Of a stretch of 64,000 nucleotides of DNA, positions 1 through 13,700 are shown piece by piece (position 1 is the first letter of the stretch; each line of letters begins with the position of its first letter). Position numbers and translations under genes: made by a program. Under the pieces are notes generated by a model. It made no database searches, was not told where the DNA came from, and worked only from the letters and a program-made list of their open reading frames with translations. Source of the DNA: Squalus acanthias (lineage: Eukaryota); contig CM059432.1 in the NCBI GenBank assembly GCA_030390025.1, forward strand, positions 80,664,001-80,728,000, in the 5' to 3' direction.

Positions 1-1680
1 TAACAACTTGCATTTCTATAACGGCCTTAAAGTACAAAAATAAACCAAGCAGCTTCACAAAATAGAAATAGTTGAAAAAACAGATGCTGAGCTAAAGAAG
101 GAGAAATGAGGAGGAGTAACTGAAAGCTTGGTCGAAGACATGGGGGGAAAATTTGGTTGCTTTGTACCTCTCGTTAGCGCCCTAAGAGGGCGCTAACAGG
201 GCGCAAAGCAGCTAGCACCCGGGCGCGGCGTCGCCAACGCCTCCTGCGAAATTCAGCGGGAGGTTAGTGGCGGCGGTAACCGTTAGCGCCCCGTGGTGCT
301 GCACCGCCGGCAATGACGTCATCGCCGTGCGCAGCGCCCCACTCACACCCCGGCCGCGATCTTTGGTAGCGCCCCCTGACTTACCGCCGGACACTATGTC
401 CGACGGGGTCATGGGGGCCTACCTGCGGCCGGGGCGGCGCTAATTAAAGGCGAGGTGCCGGGTGGCCATTTTTGTTGCTGGCCGCCTGCCAGCACCTGCC
501 TCCGTTGCCGTCCCCGGCCTCCTGAGCACCCCCCCCCCCACGGAGTGTCAGCTGCGCTCCATGAGCCTGGCACTTCTCTTGAGTGCCGGGCTCTTTGCCA
601 GCACTCCGATCCCGGTGGCCCAGCTGGGCCCCGGGTCGCGCTGCGCAAGGCACCTCCCCTTGAAGAAGGGGAGGAAGGCCTGCAATACCGCGGCACGTAG
701 TGCCGTGATATTCCCTCGCAGCGCCCCAAGAGGGAGGCGGCACACTTCCAGTAGCGCCCCACTTCCCTCTTGGGGCGCTACCGATGAATTTCGGCCGCGG
801 GGGCGCTAATTTTTTCGGGTGTAGCGCCCTGGTGAAGTTAGCGCCCCAAAGGGGGCACGACTCAATTTTTCCCCCCTTGATTTTGAGAAGGTTAAATGGC
901 AGAGGGGTTTAGGGAGGAGTTCCAGAATGCTGATGTGGCTAAAAGATCTTCTACCAATGGTGGAGCGAAGAGGAGAGGGCTACACATGAGGTCAGAGTCA
1001 GAGAACCAAAATGTATAGGTGGAGCTATAGGATTGAAAGAGGTTGCCAGAGACAGGGTGGGGCAAAGCCATGGAGGGATTTGGAAATGAAGTTGATGATT
1101 TAAAATTTAATGTGCTGGGGGACAGAGGCCAAAAGATAGATCAGTGAGGATGGAAGGGATCTAAGTTTTGGACAAGTTAGAGTTCATGAGGACGGAGGAT
1201 GTGAGAGAGCATTGGAGTAATGGAGCCTGGAGGTTACAATGGCATGTATAGGGGCTGAGGTAGGGAAGGAGAAGGACAATTTTGCAGACATGGAATTAGA
1301 TGGTCTTTGTGTTGGAGAGGTTGTGGAAATAAAACTTAACTCATGATTGAACAGAATACCAAGGTTGCACATGTTCTGGTTCAGATTGAGAAGATGGAGT
1401 AATTGCAATGGAGCAGAGTTTGTGGCGAGGACTGAAAATTATGCCTTTGATCTTCCTGATGTTCACCTGGAGAATCTTGTGGCTCATCCATAACCCAGTG
1501 TTGGATTCCAACAGCACAAGTGTGGTTGAGGGCTCAAGAGAAGTAGTGGGGTGGTGTAGCTGAGTGTCATCAATGTACATGTGAAAGCTGACCCTGTGCC
1601 GATAGATAGCACAAAGCACTTCACTAAAGGAAGCAAAATGCAGCAAATGTAACAGTTAATAAACATTAAGATGATTGATG
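1..1680 (-). mobile_element. Degenerate L2-clade LINE, 3' part (RT C-terminus and tail), interrupted by a MITE at 142-875
   Basis: Minus-strand remnant SFHMYIDDTQL (ORF 1341..1646) and HAIVTSRLHYSNAL; the 3' tail at 1-60 resembles the tail of the L2 copy at 22490-22549. Confidence 0.7.
142..875. mobile_element. GC-rich Harbinger-type MITE (TAGCGCC-rich family)
   Basis: TIRs GGGGGGAAAATT / AATTTTTCCCCC; imperfect 3-bp TSD CAT/CTT; many TAGCGCC/GGCGCTA motifs; similar to 28008-28727. Confidence 0.7.
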
Positions 1681-2248
1681 CAGAAATTTGCCCTGACAAT
1701 TTTCTTTTGGTATGAGGCAGATTAATGTACCTGAGCCAGATAGATCTGCAGTACTCTAGGGCGTGCTTGATGACTGATTAGCCAGCTTTGCTCACTAATG
1801 CGACATACAGGGATGCACCTGTCACTGGGGGTTGAGATGCTCCATTCCAGGATCACAAATTTGCAAAATCTACCCTTATTTGTTGAAAGCTGTGACCCTT
1901 TAAGACATAGGTTTTAAAACTGGGGTCCATGATGGGTTCCCAGGGGTCTCCAAGGTCATCAGATTTTAGAATTTTTCAGTATTTCATGACTTACTAGTAT
2001 GTTATTGCTGTTCACTGTCAAGCTGTTTCCTCTACATTGATAGCACTGTTGAACCTTGGGTAGCTGACTCTGTCTTTTGGATGTTAGGACAAAAGGTCCC
2101 CAGGAATATAGCAATATCGGCAGCGCGTCCACCCCACACAGGAAAGATTGAAAATCACTGCTTTAAGAGTTTTTATTTACTGTGGGTATTAGAAATTGTT
2201 AAATCACATAAAACAAATTGTTTACTCTTAGCAATGCAAGAAGCTACT

Positions 2249-2436
2249 GGACCTGAAATTCTGCTGGGGTTTTCCCGGTCTCCTGCCAGAACTTCAGCAG
2301 GACACCAGTGGAAGCCCTGGAGAAACAGTGGAAATGATCATTTTTACATGTTTACACCATTTCTCTGAGGATTTTTCTGGACTCCCCCTGAAGTTATGAT
2401 GGGAGACTGGCAGTATTCCCTCAGAATTTCAGAGCC
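2249..2436. mobile_element. Short Harbinger-type MITE
   Basis: Ends GGACCTGAAATTCTG / CAGAATTTCAGAGCC; flanks ACT/ATT. Confidence 0.5.
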
Positions 2437-3557
2437 ATTATAAGATTTTAGAGATGCTAACAGCTTCAACTTCCCAAAACATACAGACTCATTTCTCAAA
2501 ACACTTTTGCAAAGACATTGCTGTGCGCAAACTGGCTGCTGCGTTTCCTATAATACAACAACGGCTACACTTAAAAAGCACCTCATTGGCTGTAAAACAC
2601 TTCAGGACGTCCTGAGGTTGTGAAAGGCTCTGCATAAATGCATGACTTGCTTTCTTTTCCTTTCCCTCTCTCTCTTTCCCCCCCGCCCCCCCTCACCCCC
2701 ACCTCCCCGGGTTAGAAAGGAGAAAAATCATGCAGGGATCTTGCTCCTGACCCCTATTTGTGGACATTAGGTGAGGATAGGGTTGACATTAGCTGTGATG
2801 CCCTATTGGGCTGAATGTCCTGCTGACATTCACTGTCTAAGCTAATGTTTGAAGAATTACCACTTGGGAGAGGTACTAGAAGGTGAGCAGTGCCGATGGA
2901 AATGTACCGCAGCAGGGAGTTTCTGCCTGTAGAACAAGAGAAAATTGATGGGGAAAAAGAAACAAATGAAAAGAGAAGAAAAAGACCCTAAATTTGTAGG
3001 ACTTAGCAATGCTAAAACTGCCGGGGTGGGGGAGGGTGTGGATGAGGAACATGGATATTTACCCTTTTTTTTGGCCCATTTGAAATGGCACCTCTTGTGT
3101 CCATTCACTTCTGTGCAGGTGCCACAGAAAAGGCGGGACTGATCGGATAACGTCATCTACGGAAATCCCACAAGTTCCGCCTCTCTTGCTCCCCTTGCTA
3201 TATATGCCCACATGAAGCAGGCATAGTAGCAGGCTAGCATCTGATCCTGGCAGAAGTGGGGTGTGTTTTTTTTTTTGAAGGCCTTTTTCCCCATAGCAAT
3301 CAACCATGGCGAGAATTCGAAATGAATTTTAAAAAAAACATTAGTTTGACACAGTGACCCCACTTGTTTTGGAATTCGGTGCTGCAGTGATATCCCCGGG
3401 TGCTCCAACCATGCTGTGAAATAGGCAAATAACCCTGACTCTGAGACTTTGGACCAGGTCAGGATGTATCCAGGGGACCGGCACATGTTTCACTGGGCCC
3501 CAGATCCACTCCCTGGAGGCTACCTCTGGAATTTCCAGCCTAACCTCTTTTTATTAG

Positions 3558-4754
3558 CCATGATGCGGAGATGCCAGTGTTGGACTGGGGTGGACAAAAA
3601 TGAGAAGTTGCACAACACCAGGTTATAGTCCAACAGTTTTATTTGAAATCACAAGCTTTCAGAGCGCTGCTCCTTCGTCAGGTAAAGTGAAGGAATACAA
3701 ATCAGCAAAGCATATATAGACAGAGAACAATGCCTGTGTAGCGTACAATGTCAGACGACTACAGTAAATCTTTCTGACTGCCCTCCATCACACCTCGGCA
3801 GAGACAATCAGGCCAGTCAGGCAGGCATTACATCAAAGACACAGCAAAATACAGCTAAGACAATGAGGTGGGGTCACAGGGGGTCCAACGTGTCAAATGC
3901 TGCAGTCTGTATGGTTAAGCTTTTTACTTTTTTTTAAAACTGGAAATCACATTTGTGAACAAGCCAACGACGACTTGAGTCTGGATGACTCTACATCATG
4001 TAGCGTGACATGAACCCAAGATCCCGGTTGAGGCCGTCCTCATGGGTACGGAACTTGGCTATCAGTTTCTGCTCGATGATTTTGCGTTGTCGTGTGTCTC
4101 GAAGGCCGCCTTGGAGAACGCTTACCCGCAGATCCGAGGCTGAATGTCCTTGACTGCTGAAGTGTTCCCCGACTGGGAGGTAACAATCCTGCCTGGCGAT
4201 TGCTGTGCGGTGTCCGTTCATACGTTGTCGCAGTGTCTGCATGGTCTCGCCGATGTACCATGCTGCGGTGCATCCTTTCCTGCAACGTATGAGGTAGACA
4301 ATGTTGGCCGAGTCACATGAGTATGTACCATGTACCTGGTGGGTAGTGTCCTCACGTGTGGTGATGGTATCTGTGTTGATGATCTGGCATGTCTTGCAGA
4401 GGTTGCCGTGGCAGGGTTGTGTGGTGTCGTGGTCGCTGTTCTCCTGACAGCTGGGTAATTTGCTGCAAACGATGGTACTTTTGAGGTTAGGCGGCTGCTT
4501 GAAGGCGAGTAGTGGAGGCGTGGGGATGGCCTTAGCGAGGTGTTCATCGTCATCGATGACATGTTGAAGGCTGCGAAGAACATGGCGTAGTTTCTCCGCT
4601 CCGGGGAAGTACTGGACGACGTAGGGTACTCTGTTGGTTGTGTCCCATGTTCGCCTTCTGAGGAGGTCGATGCGATTTTTCGCTGTGGCCCGTTGGAACT
4701 GTCGATCGACGAGTCGAGCGTCATATCCCGTTCTTATGAGGGTGTCTTTCATCG
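3558..4754 (-). mobile_element. 5'-truncated Penelope-like retroelement (GIY-YIG endonuclease C-terminus plus pseudo-LTR/tail)
   Basis: ORF 3991..4752 contains IVYLIRCRKGC..WYIGETMQTLRQRMNGHR..IIEQKLI..GLN; 12-bp TSD TCTTTTTATTAG at 3546-3557 and 4755-4766. Confidence 0.9.
3640..3690 (-). ncRNA. Minimal type-I hammerhead ribozyme motif in the Penelope pseudo-LTR
   Basis: Minus strand reads TTAC-CTGACGA-A-GGAGC-AGC-GCTCT-GAAA-GCTT-GTGA: core boxes, stem II, palindromic stem III and short stem I. Confidence 0.65.
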
Positions 4755-6225
4755 TCTTTTTATTAGGTGAGTGGATGGAGTCTTGTGTGTATTGTGTGAA
4801 ACTTGCAAAATTCTTAAGTCACACGATTACGTTTTGTTTGGAGAAGAAACAACATAGAATAGCTTTCTCACAATTTCTGGAGGCATTCTCTGTGCAATTA
4901 CCATTATGCAGATGATCTTTGAAACCTTAAATTGACAGTTTGATGCAAAGCTGCTTCAACTTGTCACATCCTGACTGAAATAAGAAAATTACATAACAAC
5001 ACAAAATGTTAAAGCATGTGAGTATGTTAATAAGAACATAAGAAATAGGAGCAGGATTAGGCCATTCGGCCCCTCGAGCCTGCCCCGCCATTCAATAAGA
5101 TCATGGCTGATCTGGTCTTGGCCTCCACTCCACTTTCCCGCCCGCTCCCCATAATCCTTGACTCCCCTGTAGCTCAAATATCTGTCTATCTCTGCCTTGA
5201 ATATATTCAATGACTCCGCCTCCACAGCTCTCTGGGGTAGAGAATTCCAAAGATTCACGACCCTCTGAGAGAAGAAATTCCTCCTCATCTCCGTTTTAAA
5301 TGGGCGACCCCTTATCTTGAAACTATGCCCCCTAGTTCTAGATTCCCCCACGAGGGGAAACATCTCCCTGCATCTACCCCCTCAGAATCTTATATGTTTC
5401 AATAAGATCACCTCTCATTCTTCTAAACTCCAATGAGTATAGGCCCAACCTGCTCAACCTTTCTTCATAAGACAACCCCTTCTCTGAACTGCCTCCAATG
5501 CAAGTATATCCCTCCTTTGGGCAAAAATTTGGCAGATGGAGTATAATGTCGGAAAATGTGAGGTTATCCACTTTGGTAGGAAAAATAAAAAAGCAAATTA
5601 TCATTTAAATGGAGAGAGACGCAGTACTCCAGATGTGGTCTCACCAGCACCCTGTACAGTTGTAGCAAGAATTCCTACTTTTATACTCCATTCCCCTTGC
5701 AATAAAGGCCAACATTCCATTTGCCTTCCTAATTACTTGCTGTACCTGCATGCTAACTTTTTGTGTTTCATGTACGAGGACCCCCAGATCCCTCTGTACC
5801 GCAGCATTTTGTAGTCTCTCTCCATTTAAATAATAATTTGCTTTTTTATTTTTCCTACCAAAGTGGATAACCTCACATTTTCCGACATTATACTCCATCT
5901 GCCAAATTTTTGCCCACTCACTTAACCTATCTATATCCCTTTGCAGACTCTTTGGGGGCGATTTTCCCATTGGAGGCGGGTTGGGAGTGACTTTCGGGGT
6001 GGGCGGGTGCCGAACCCACCTCTACTGTCAGGTGGGAAAAAGTTGGGATTTTCCCCTAATTGCCCAATTAATTCCGGACGTGTGGCTTCCCCTGGGCCAA
6101 TTACTCTTTTTGGACTGAAACTTGCCTCTGCTGACGTCACTTATGCAGCTTCATTTAAGGGCTGCTTGCTTCCTTGCCTCATTTCACTGCTGTTTTGTGG
6201 AAGCTGAACACTTCGCAGAGAAGAG

Positions 6226-8205
6226 GTGGCCAACTCCAGAGCCAAGGCCTCTCCAAGGTTCTTCGATGAGTCTCTGAGTATTCTGGTTGAGTGGGTAAGA
6301 GCGAGCAAGGAGGTGCTCTTCCCCTCATCTGGGAGGAAGAAGCCTCCCACACAAATCAAGGCTGTCTGGGTGCAGCTGGCACGGGATGTAACCTCCAGAT
6401 CTGTGTGCAGCAGAACATGGCTGCAGTGCCGCAAGAGGTTCACTGACCTTGTAAGATCAGCCAAAGTGAGTATACCTTCAGCTTGACCCTCATTCTGCTC
6501 CCCTTCTCCTCTCATCACCAGCACTCTGCATTGTCAACCTCCTCCGACACATCCCACTTTACCCTTACAACCCTTGCACCCTTAACCATCCCAATCACTC
6601 TATGAACACAATCACTTCACTATTCGACTATGCTGCCCTCACACTCCCTATCAATGTTATGCAATGACAACGACTAACAACACACAGGGAGGGTCCTTGG
6701 AAATGGAACCTCACTCCATCTTTGTCTCCTTCTAAGCATCTATGCTCTGGACTCTCTACACTCACTCCATCATTCTCACTCAAACTCCACTTGTCTCCCT
6801 CACTGCAGGAAAAGAGAGCCCAGAATAAAGGGAAATGGCGAAGACTGGAGGAGGGCCACCTTCCCTCGCCCATTTGACCAATGCTGAAGAGGCGGCCCTG
6901 GAAATTGTTGGCGATGAGGTGGAGCTGGAAGTGGGGCCGGACAGACGGGCGCAGCAGAGCAAGCTGGTGACAGAATAGTTTTGTTTCTCTTTTACATTGC
7001 AGGAGTTACTAGAATGCTGCGAATGTACATTTATAGAATGGTAATTGATCATCTGCGCTTTTGCATGTGCATGCCACACTACCGTCACATCTCTAACTCA
7101 TTCCTTTACTCCCACACAGGACCATCGACAGACACCCTCCCCACTGTCCAGGAGGAAGAGCCTGAAGCGGAAGACTCCTCACAGGAACCTGCAACCTCTG
7201 AGGACGCAGCGTCAGCAGATTTAAGCGCACCCAGCACCAGCGCAGATACGCACACCTCGGTGGGACCTTCGGGAGATAGAGTAATGTTGTCACCTGGTGT
7301 ATCACAGCTGACGTGAGCATCAGCAGGTGGTGGAGACAGGGACAGCAGTGGAGAGTCCTCGTCGGAGGTCGCAGGACTCTCCTAGCTCTGCTCAGCTGCA
7401 TGTGGACCCTGTGCCTCCGGGTCCATCCAGAAGAAGAGCGGTGCTGGAAATCCAGGAACAGGTGCAGGAGTCTCTGGCAGGTTTTATCTCCAGGGTCACT
7501 GCGTGTGTGGAGAGGATGGAGGAGTCCACCTCGAATATGAGCAGAGACTTTGTGGAGTCATTGGCGCATGACCGCATCTCCTCGGAAAGGTTGGCTACCT
7601 CCGTGGAAGCGATGTCTACCTCCGTGGTATTGATGGCTGCCTCTCTGCAGACGATGGGCACGACCATGGAGGAGCTAAGTCGCCAGAGTGTTGAAAACAT
7701 GGTCAATGTTCAGAATAGACTGACATCTCTGGAGGAGCGATGGCCAGCTATTGATCAGAGAGACCAGAGCTTCATGGTAGTCCTCAGCAGTAGGACTGCC
7801 AGTGCAGAGACGGGTCCTCATGGCCCCCCTGATGTGCAGCAAGGTGCTCTCAAGCCACTTGCAAGCGCTGAGGTGGGGCTGACCCATGAGAGGGATGTTG
7901 GTGGCAGAGAACAAGGAAGTGAGGGCCTCTCTCCAAGCGCTCACACTTCCATGCCACTGCGTTGCCCTCGGTCAGAGCCCTACCAGAGTCCTCACCCAAC
8001 TGAGATGGGCGTCTCAGCCCCTGCACAGCAGGGGGAGGAGCAGATTTTTGGCGAGCCCTCACAGGCTCGCAATCCCAGAGGACGCCTGCCAAAGGTGTCG
8101 AAGCAGGAGCAGCATGAAAGTGAGCAAGGGGCCTCCACTTTTGCTGAAGCCAAAGGGGAAGCACCACGTAGGAGCACGCGTAAGAGGAAGATAAAGCACA
8201 ATTAG
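6226..8205 (+). pseudogene. Three-exon Harbinger Myb/SANT DNA-binding protein gene, disrupted (exons 6226-6465, 6809-6966, 7120-8205)
   Basis: PRFFDESLSILV..EVLF..W..RTWLQCRKRFTDL trihelix motif; GT-AG introns; GTG in place of ATG; frameshifts in exon 2 and near 7313. Confidence 0.85.
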
Positions 8206-8462
8206 TCACACGGGCAGTCACTTGGGTGTTTTTTTGTGTTTAATGATTAAATGCCATCCCTTTGTCAATGTATTAAACTCTGGTGATGGCAAACTGTTGA
8301 CGTTATGGCCTCTGTGATTTCGGTTTTGGAAGTTCCACATTGCGGCCTCAGTGAGACTTGCTTGGTCAGGTTGGTGGTCAGCGTGAGAGGAAGCCAGAGA
8401 GTCATGTCCATTGTCTATCTTGTGCTAAGAAGGAGCCAAGCACATGTGCTAGAATGGGCAAC

Positions 8463-9635
8463 CTAAGCAAATCTGGCCAAGATGAGTGCATCCCTTGCAT
8501 TGCGGCCAGCAATGTGCTCGCGTGCTGCTGCTGGTTGATGCGCCTCCGCTCGGTCATCATTCTCCTCCTCCTCCTCCTCCTCCTCTTCCTCTGAGGAGGC
8601 TATGTACTGAGCCACTTGCTCCTCAGGAAGCTGCAAGCCATGATGCTGTGCGCTGTTGTGCAGCACACAGCAGACCACGACCATTCTGGAGACTCTGGCT
8701 GCTGAGTACTGCAGGGCTTCACCTGATCTGTCAAGGCACCTGAATCGCATCTTCAGCAAGCCGATGGTTTGTTCGATGATGGACCTGGTCGAAATGTGAC
8801 TGGCATTGTAGTGCTCCTCAGCTTCGTTCGATGGCCTCCTGATCGGCATCATTAGTCATGTCTTCAGGGGGCAGTCCTTGTCTCCAAGGAGCCATCCGTT
8901 AAGTTGGTTTGGCTGATTGAAGAGCAGAGGCACACGAGACTGCTGCAGGATGAACGCGTCATGGCAACTGCCACAGTACTTGGCGCAAACATGCAAAATC
9001 TCCTCCTTGTGGTTACACACCAGCAGTACGTTGAGGGAGTGGAAGCCCTTGCGGTTGACAAAGATAGCTGGGTTGTGATGGGGTGCCCTAAGGGCCACGT
9101 GTGCAGTCTATGATGCCCTGCACCATTGGCAAGCCTGCCATATTTGCGAATCCAACCGCACGCGCGGTTATACTTGCTAGATCAGTTGAAAAGTTGATGT
9201 AATTGTGGGCCTTTGCGAAGAGGGCATCGGTAACCTGCGTGATGCAACTGTGGGCAGCCGACTGGGAGATACCGCTGATGTCTGCTGAGGATCCCTGGAA
9301 GGAGCCTGAAGCAAAAAAGTTGAGTGCAGTGGTATCTTTGACAGCCACTGGTAAGGGGTGTCCACCGGATCCTCTGGGCTCCAGGTGTTGGTGCAGCATT
9401 GCGCAGATGTCTCCGACAACCTCTCGCAAAAGTCTCAGCCTCCTTTGGCACTGCTGCTCACTCATGTTGAGGAAGCTCATCCTCTGTCTGTAAACCCTGA
9501 GAGGGGGGTATCTCCTGCGGCGACGTGCTGACATGCACTGGCGCCTTCTGCCCTGTGCAGCATCAGGTGGGTGAGCAGGAGGTTGGCGCTCCTGCTGCTG
9601 TTGCTGCTGTTCTGCCTGGTTCTGCTGCTGCATCA
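8463..9635 (-). pseudogene. Harbinger (HARBI1-like, DDE_Tnp_4) transposase, disrupted and 5'-truncated
   Basis: [53 protein letters not shown] spread over three ORFs; frameshift near 9095, stop near 8855. Confidence 0.9.
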
Positions 9636-10745
9636 TCCAAGTCATCAATATTGATATTGATTGATTGTAAGTAGTTGAGGCCCCAGCACTGACCCTTGTG
9701 GCACCCCATTAGTTACAGTTTGCCAACCTGAAAATGATCCATTTATCCCGACTCTTTGTTTTCTGTTAGTTAGCCAATCCTCTATCCATGCTAATATATT
9801 ACCCCCAACCCTGTGAGCTCTTATCTTGTGCAGTAACCTTTTATGTGGCACCTTATCGAATGCCTTCTGGAAATCCAAATACATGACATCTACTGATTCC
9901 CCTTTATCCACCCTGCTCATAACATCCTCAAAGAACTCTAGTAAATTTGTCAAACATGATTTCCCTTTCATAAAACCATGTTGACTCTGCTTGATTGTAT
10001 TATGATTTTCTAAATGTCCTGCTATTACTTCCTTAATAATGGATTCCAGCATTTTACCAATGACAGATGTGAGGCTAACTGGCCTATAGTTTCCTGCTTT
10101 CAGTCTCCCTCCTTTCTTGAATAGGGGCGTTACATTTGCGGTTTTCCAATCCGTTGGGACCTCTCCAGAATCCAGGGAATTTTGGTGGATTACAACCAAC
10201 ACATCCACTATCTCTGCAGCCACTTCTTTTAAGACCCTAGGATGTAGGCCATCAGGTCCAGGGGACTTGTCAGCCTTTAGTCCCATTAGTTTGCCTAGTA
10301 CTTTTTCTCTAGTGATAGTCATTGTTTTAAGTTCCTCCCTCCCTATAGCCCCTTGATTATCAATTATTATTGGGATGCTTTCAGTGTCTTCTACTGTGAA
10401 GACCGATATAAAATATTTGTTCAAAGTCTCTGCCATTTCCTTGTTTCCCATTATTAATTCCCTAGTCTCATCCTCTAAGGGAAAAACGTTGACTTTAGCT
10501 CCTCTCTTCCCTTTTATATACCTGTAGAAGCTATCACTGTCTGTTTTTATATTTTTTGCTAGTTTACTTTCATAATCTATCTTCTCCCTCTTTATTATTT
10601 TTTTAGTCATCCTTTGCTGGTTTCTAAAAAATTCCCAATCCTCTGGTCTACCACTAATCTTAACAACATTGTATGCTTTTTCTTTCAATTTGATACCATC
10701 CTTAACTTCCTTAGTTAGCCACGGATGGTTCATCCTTCTCATAGA

Positions 10746-13700
10746 GGGCTCGATTTTGCCAGGCCCGAGGAGGCGGGTTTGGAGGCGTGTGAGGTGGTAA
10801 AATCGCAAAAAATGGCGTGCGGGCCCGATCCCGCCTCTATCCCGCCTCTGAGCAATTTTCCCAGAATCGGGGTTTCAGACCTTAAGGCTCTTAACAACCA
10901 CTTAATTGCCTCTATAATCCAATTTTGAGAGGCCTTTCTGATTTTTAGACATTTCCCCCATCCTACACACCTCCTCTTGGGGTAATCCTGGCGGCCTCAC
11001 AAGTGGATTGCTTAGTAACAGCTGCAGCTCCACCATTAAAAAGGAGTTTTCAGCCATCATCATTTGCAGGTGGCAGAACTTTGTTGTCTCAGGTCTGGGT
11101 GAACTTTTAGCAGGCCTACTCATTGTTGTGGATGTTTGGAGCCTGAGACCCATCTCCAGTGTGACCTCCTGGGAAACCCCTCTCCCCACCTTGACTGAGC
11201 GCTTCCTCAACTGAGGTATATAGCAGAAGCATGGGAACCATTTATTTCCTTTCCTCCTGGACATCACATTCGGACGAAGACCACCCGCGGCAGCAGCAGA
11301 GCCATGAACAACAGCAGCACCAACAGCAGGAGCAACAAGCTGCTGCTCACCCACCTGAAACTGCACAGGCCAGAAGGCGCCAGAGCGCGACCACATTGCT
11401 GCCCGGGATGCAAGGGACGCACTCATGTTGGCCAGATTTGCTTAGCCTGCACAATCAAACACTTTGGCCTCGCACCTTCTTACCAGAGCATCGACAATGG
11501 ACAAGAACCTGCGGATTCCTATCACTCTGACCACCATACTGACAATTGCAAGTCGCTCTAAGCCCTCAATGTGGAAGTCCCATTTGCGAAATGACACAGG
11601 CCACAACTTCAACAGATTGCCATCAGAAACTTTTGTTACAACAAGCAACTGATGGCATTTCAAAAATATACACAGCATAACAGCCAAGTGACTACCCTTG
11701 TGACTACTTGTGCATTATCTTCCTCTTATGCGTGCTCCTACGTGGTGCTTCCCCTGTGGCTTCAGCAGATGTGGAGGCCCCTTGCTCACTTTCTTGCTGC
11801 TCCTGTCTCGACGCCTTTGGCGGGCGTCCTCTGGGGTTGCGAACCTGTGAGGGCTCGGCAACAGTCTGCTGCTCCTGCAGCTGTGCAGGGGATGAGACGC
11901 CCATCTCAGTTGGGTGAGGACCCTGGTGGGGCTCTGACCGAGGGCTTTGCAGTGGCATGGGAGTGTGAGCGCTTGGAGAGGAGCCCCCACTTCCTTGTTC
12001 TCTGCCACCAACATCCCTCTCATGGGTCAGCCCCACCTCAGAGCGAGCAAGTGGCTTGGCTGCACCTTGCTGCACATCAGGGGGGCCATGGGGACCCGTT
12101 TCTGCACTGGAAGTCCTACTCCAGAGGACTTCCATGAAGGTCTGATTTCTATGCTTAATAGCTGACCATCGCTCCTCAAGAGATGCCAGTCTATTCTGAA
12201 CAATGACCATGTTTTCTACACTCTGGCGACTTAACTCCTCCATGGTCGTAGCCATCCTCTCCTCTACCGTAACCATCCTTTCCACGGAGGTTGCCATCCT
12301 TTCCGTGGTGATGCATTCATGCGCCAATGCCTCCACAAAGGCTCTGTTCATGTTCGCTATGGACTCCTCCATCCTCTCCACACTCGCAGCGACCCTGGAG
12401 ACAAAACCTGACAGAGAGTCCTGCACCTGTTCCTGGAGTTCCAGCATCGCTCTCCTTCTGGATGGACCCGGAGGCACAGGGTCGACATGCAGCTGAGCCA
12501 AGCTGGCAGAGTCCTGCGCCCTCCGACGAGGACTCTCCACTGCTGTCCCTGTCTCCACCATCTGCTGATGCTCACTTGTGAGCTGTGATACACTAGGTGC
12601 CAACACTACTCTATCTCGCGAAGGTCCCACCGAAATGTGAGTGTCTGCGCTGGTGCTGGGTGCGCTAAATTCTGCTGACGCTGCGCCCTCAGAGGTTGCA
12701 GCTTCCTCTGAGGAGTCTTCTGCTTCAGGCTCTTCCTCCTGGACAGTGGGGACGGGGGCTTTCGATGGTCCTGTGGGGGAATAAAGGAAAGAGTTAGAGA
12801 TGTGAAGTCAAGGTTACATGAACATTGAATAGTGCAGATGATTATAAGTCAATCTGTTAGAGCATCAGATTCATTATCAGTGACTCATGCAATGTCAATG
12901 AGAGAGATGCCAAACTATTCTGTCACCAGCTTGCTGTGATGCGCCCATCTGTCTGTCCCCCACTTGGGAATCCTCCTCGATCCCAGCGATTTCCAGGGCC
13001 GCTTCCTCCCAGACGGTGAGCTGGGCTACTGAGGGTGGCCCTCCTCCTGTCATGGCTCTTTCCCTCTTATTGTGGGCTCTGTTTTCCTGCAATGAGGGAC
13101 ACAAGTGGAGTTTGAGTGAGAATGAAGGAGTGAGTGTAGAGAATCCATAGCATCGATACTTAGAAGGAGACAAAGGGTCCTCCCTGTGTGTTGTAAGTTG
13201 CATCACAGTGATAGGGAGTGTGAGGGCTACATGGTCGAATAGTTAAGTGAATGTGACCATAGAGAGGGGGAATGGGTAAGGGTGCAGGGATGGAAGTGTC
13301 AAGTGAGATGTGGAGGAAGAGGTTGGCAAAGCAGAGTGCTGGTGAGGAGAGGCAATGGGGATGAGATTGAGGGTGATGAGAAAGTCATACTCACTTTTCC
13401 TGTGCGGAGAAGGTCATGAAACCTCTTCCTGCATTGCAGCCAGGTTCTGCGGCTCATTGATATGGAGTTGACCTCCTGGGCCACTTGCAGCCACACAACT
13501 TTTGTCTGCTGGGGTGGTTTTTTTCTCACTGAGGAAGGGAAGAGCACCTCCTTATTAGATCTTGCTCCCTGCACCAGAGCTTGGAGGGAGGGCTCATCAA
13601 AGCGAGGTGCACACTTTTGCTTGTTGGTGGACATGGTCAGTAAATGCAGTCCTTTCTTACAATTTTCAAAGCATTTCCAGTCTCCAGAAGAAGCAAGGCT

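Larger units (their letters stand above)
5954..9635. mobile_element. PIF/Harbinger transposon copy 1 (Myb/SANT gene on +, transposase on -), right end deleted
   Basis: Left TIR GGGGGCGATTTTCCC at 5954; convergent genes; the transposase 5' end abuts the CR1 directly with no right TIR. Confidence 0.88.

Noticed and set aside
142..875. CpG-island-like promoter or CRISPR-like repeats (recurrent TAGCGCC)
   Set aside because: Bounded by TIRs and repeated elsewhere in the window; motif spacing is irregular; eukaryotic context.
7327..8205. Long ORFs 7327..8205, 11704..12630, 53553..54113 and 59915..60961 as a separate third transposon gene
   Set aside because: Splice sites and reading frame show they are exon 3 of the Myb/SANT gene.
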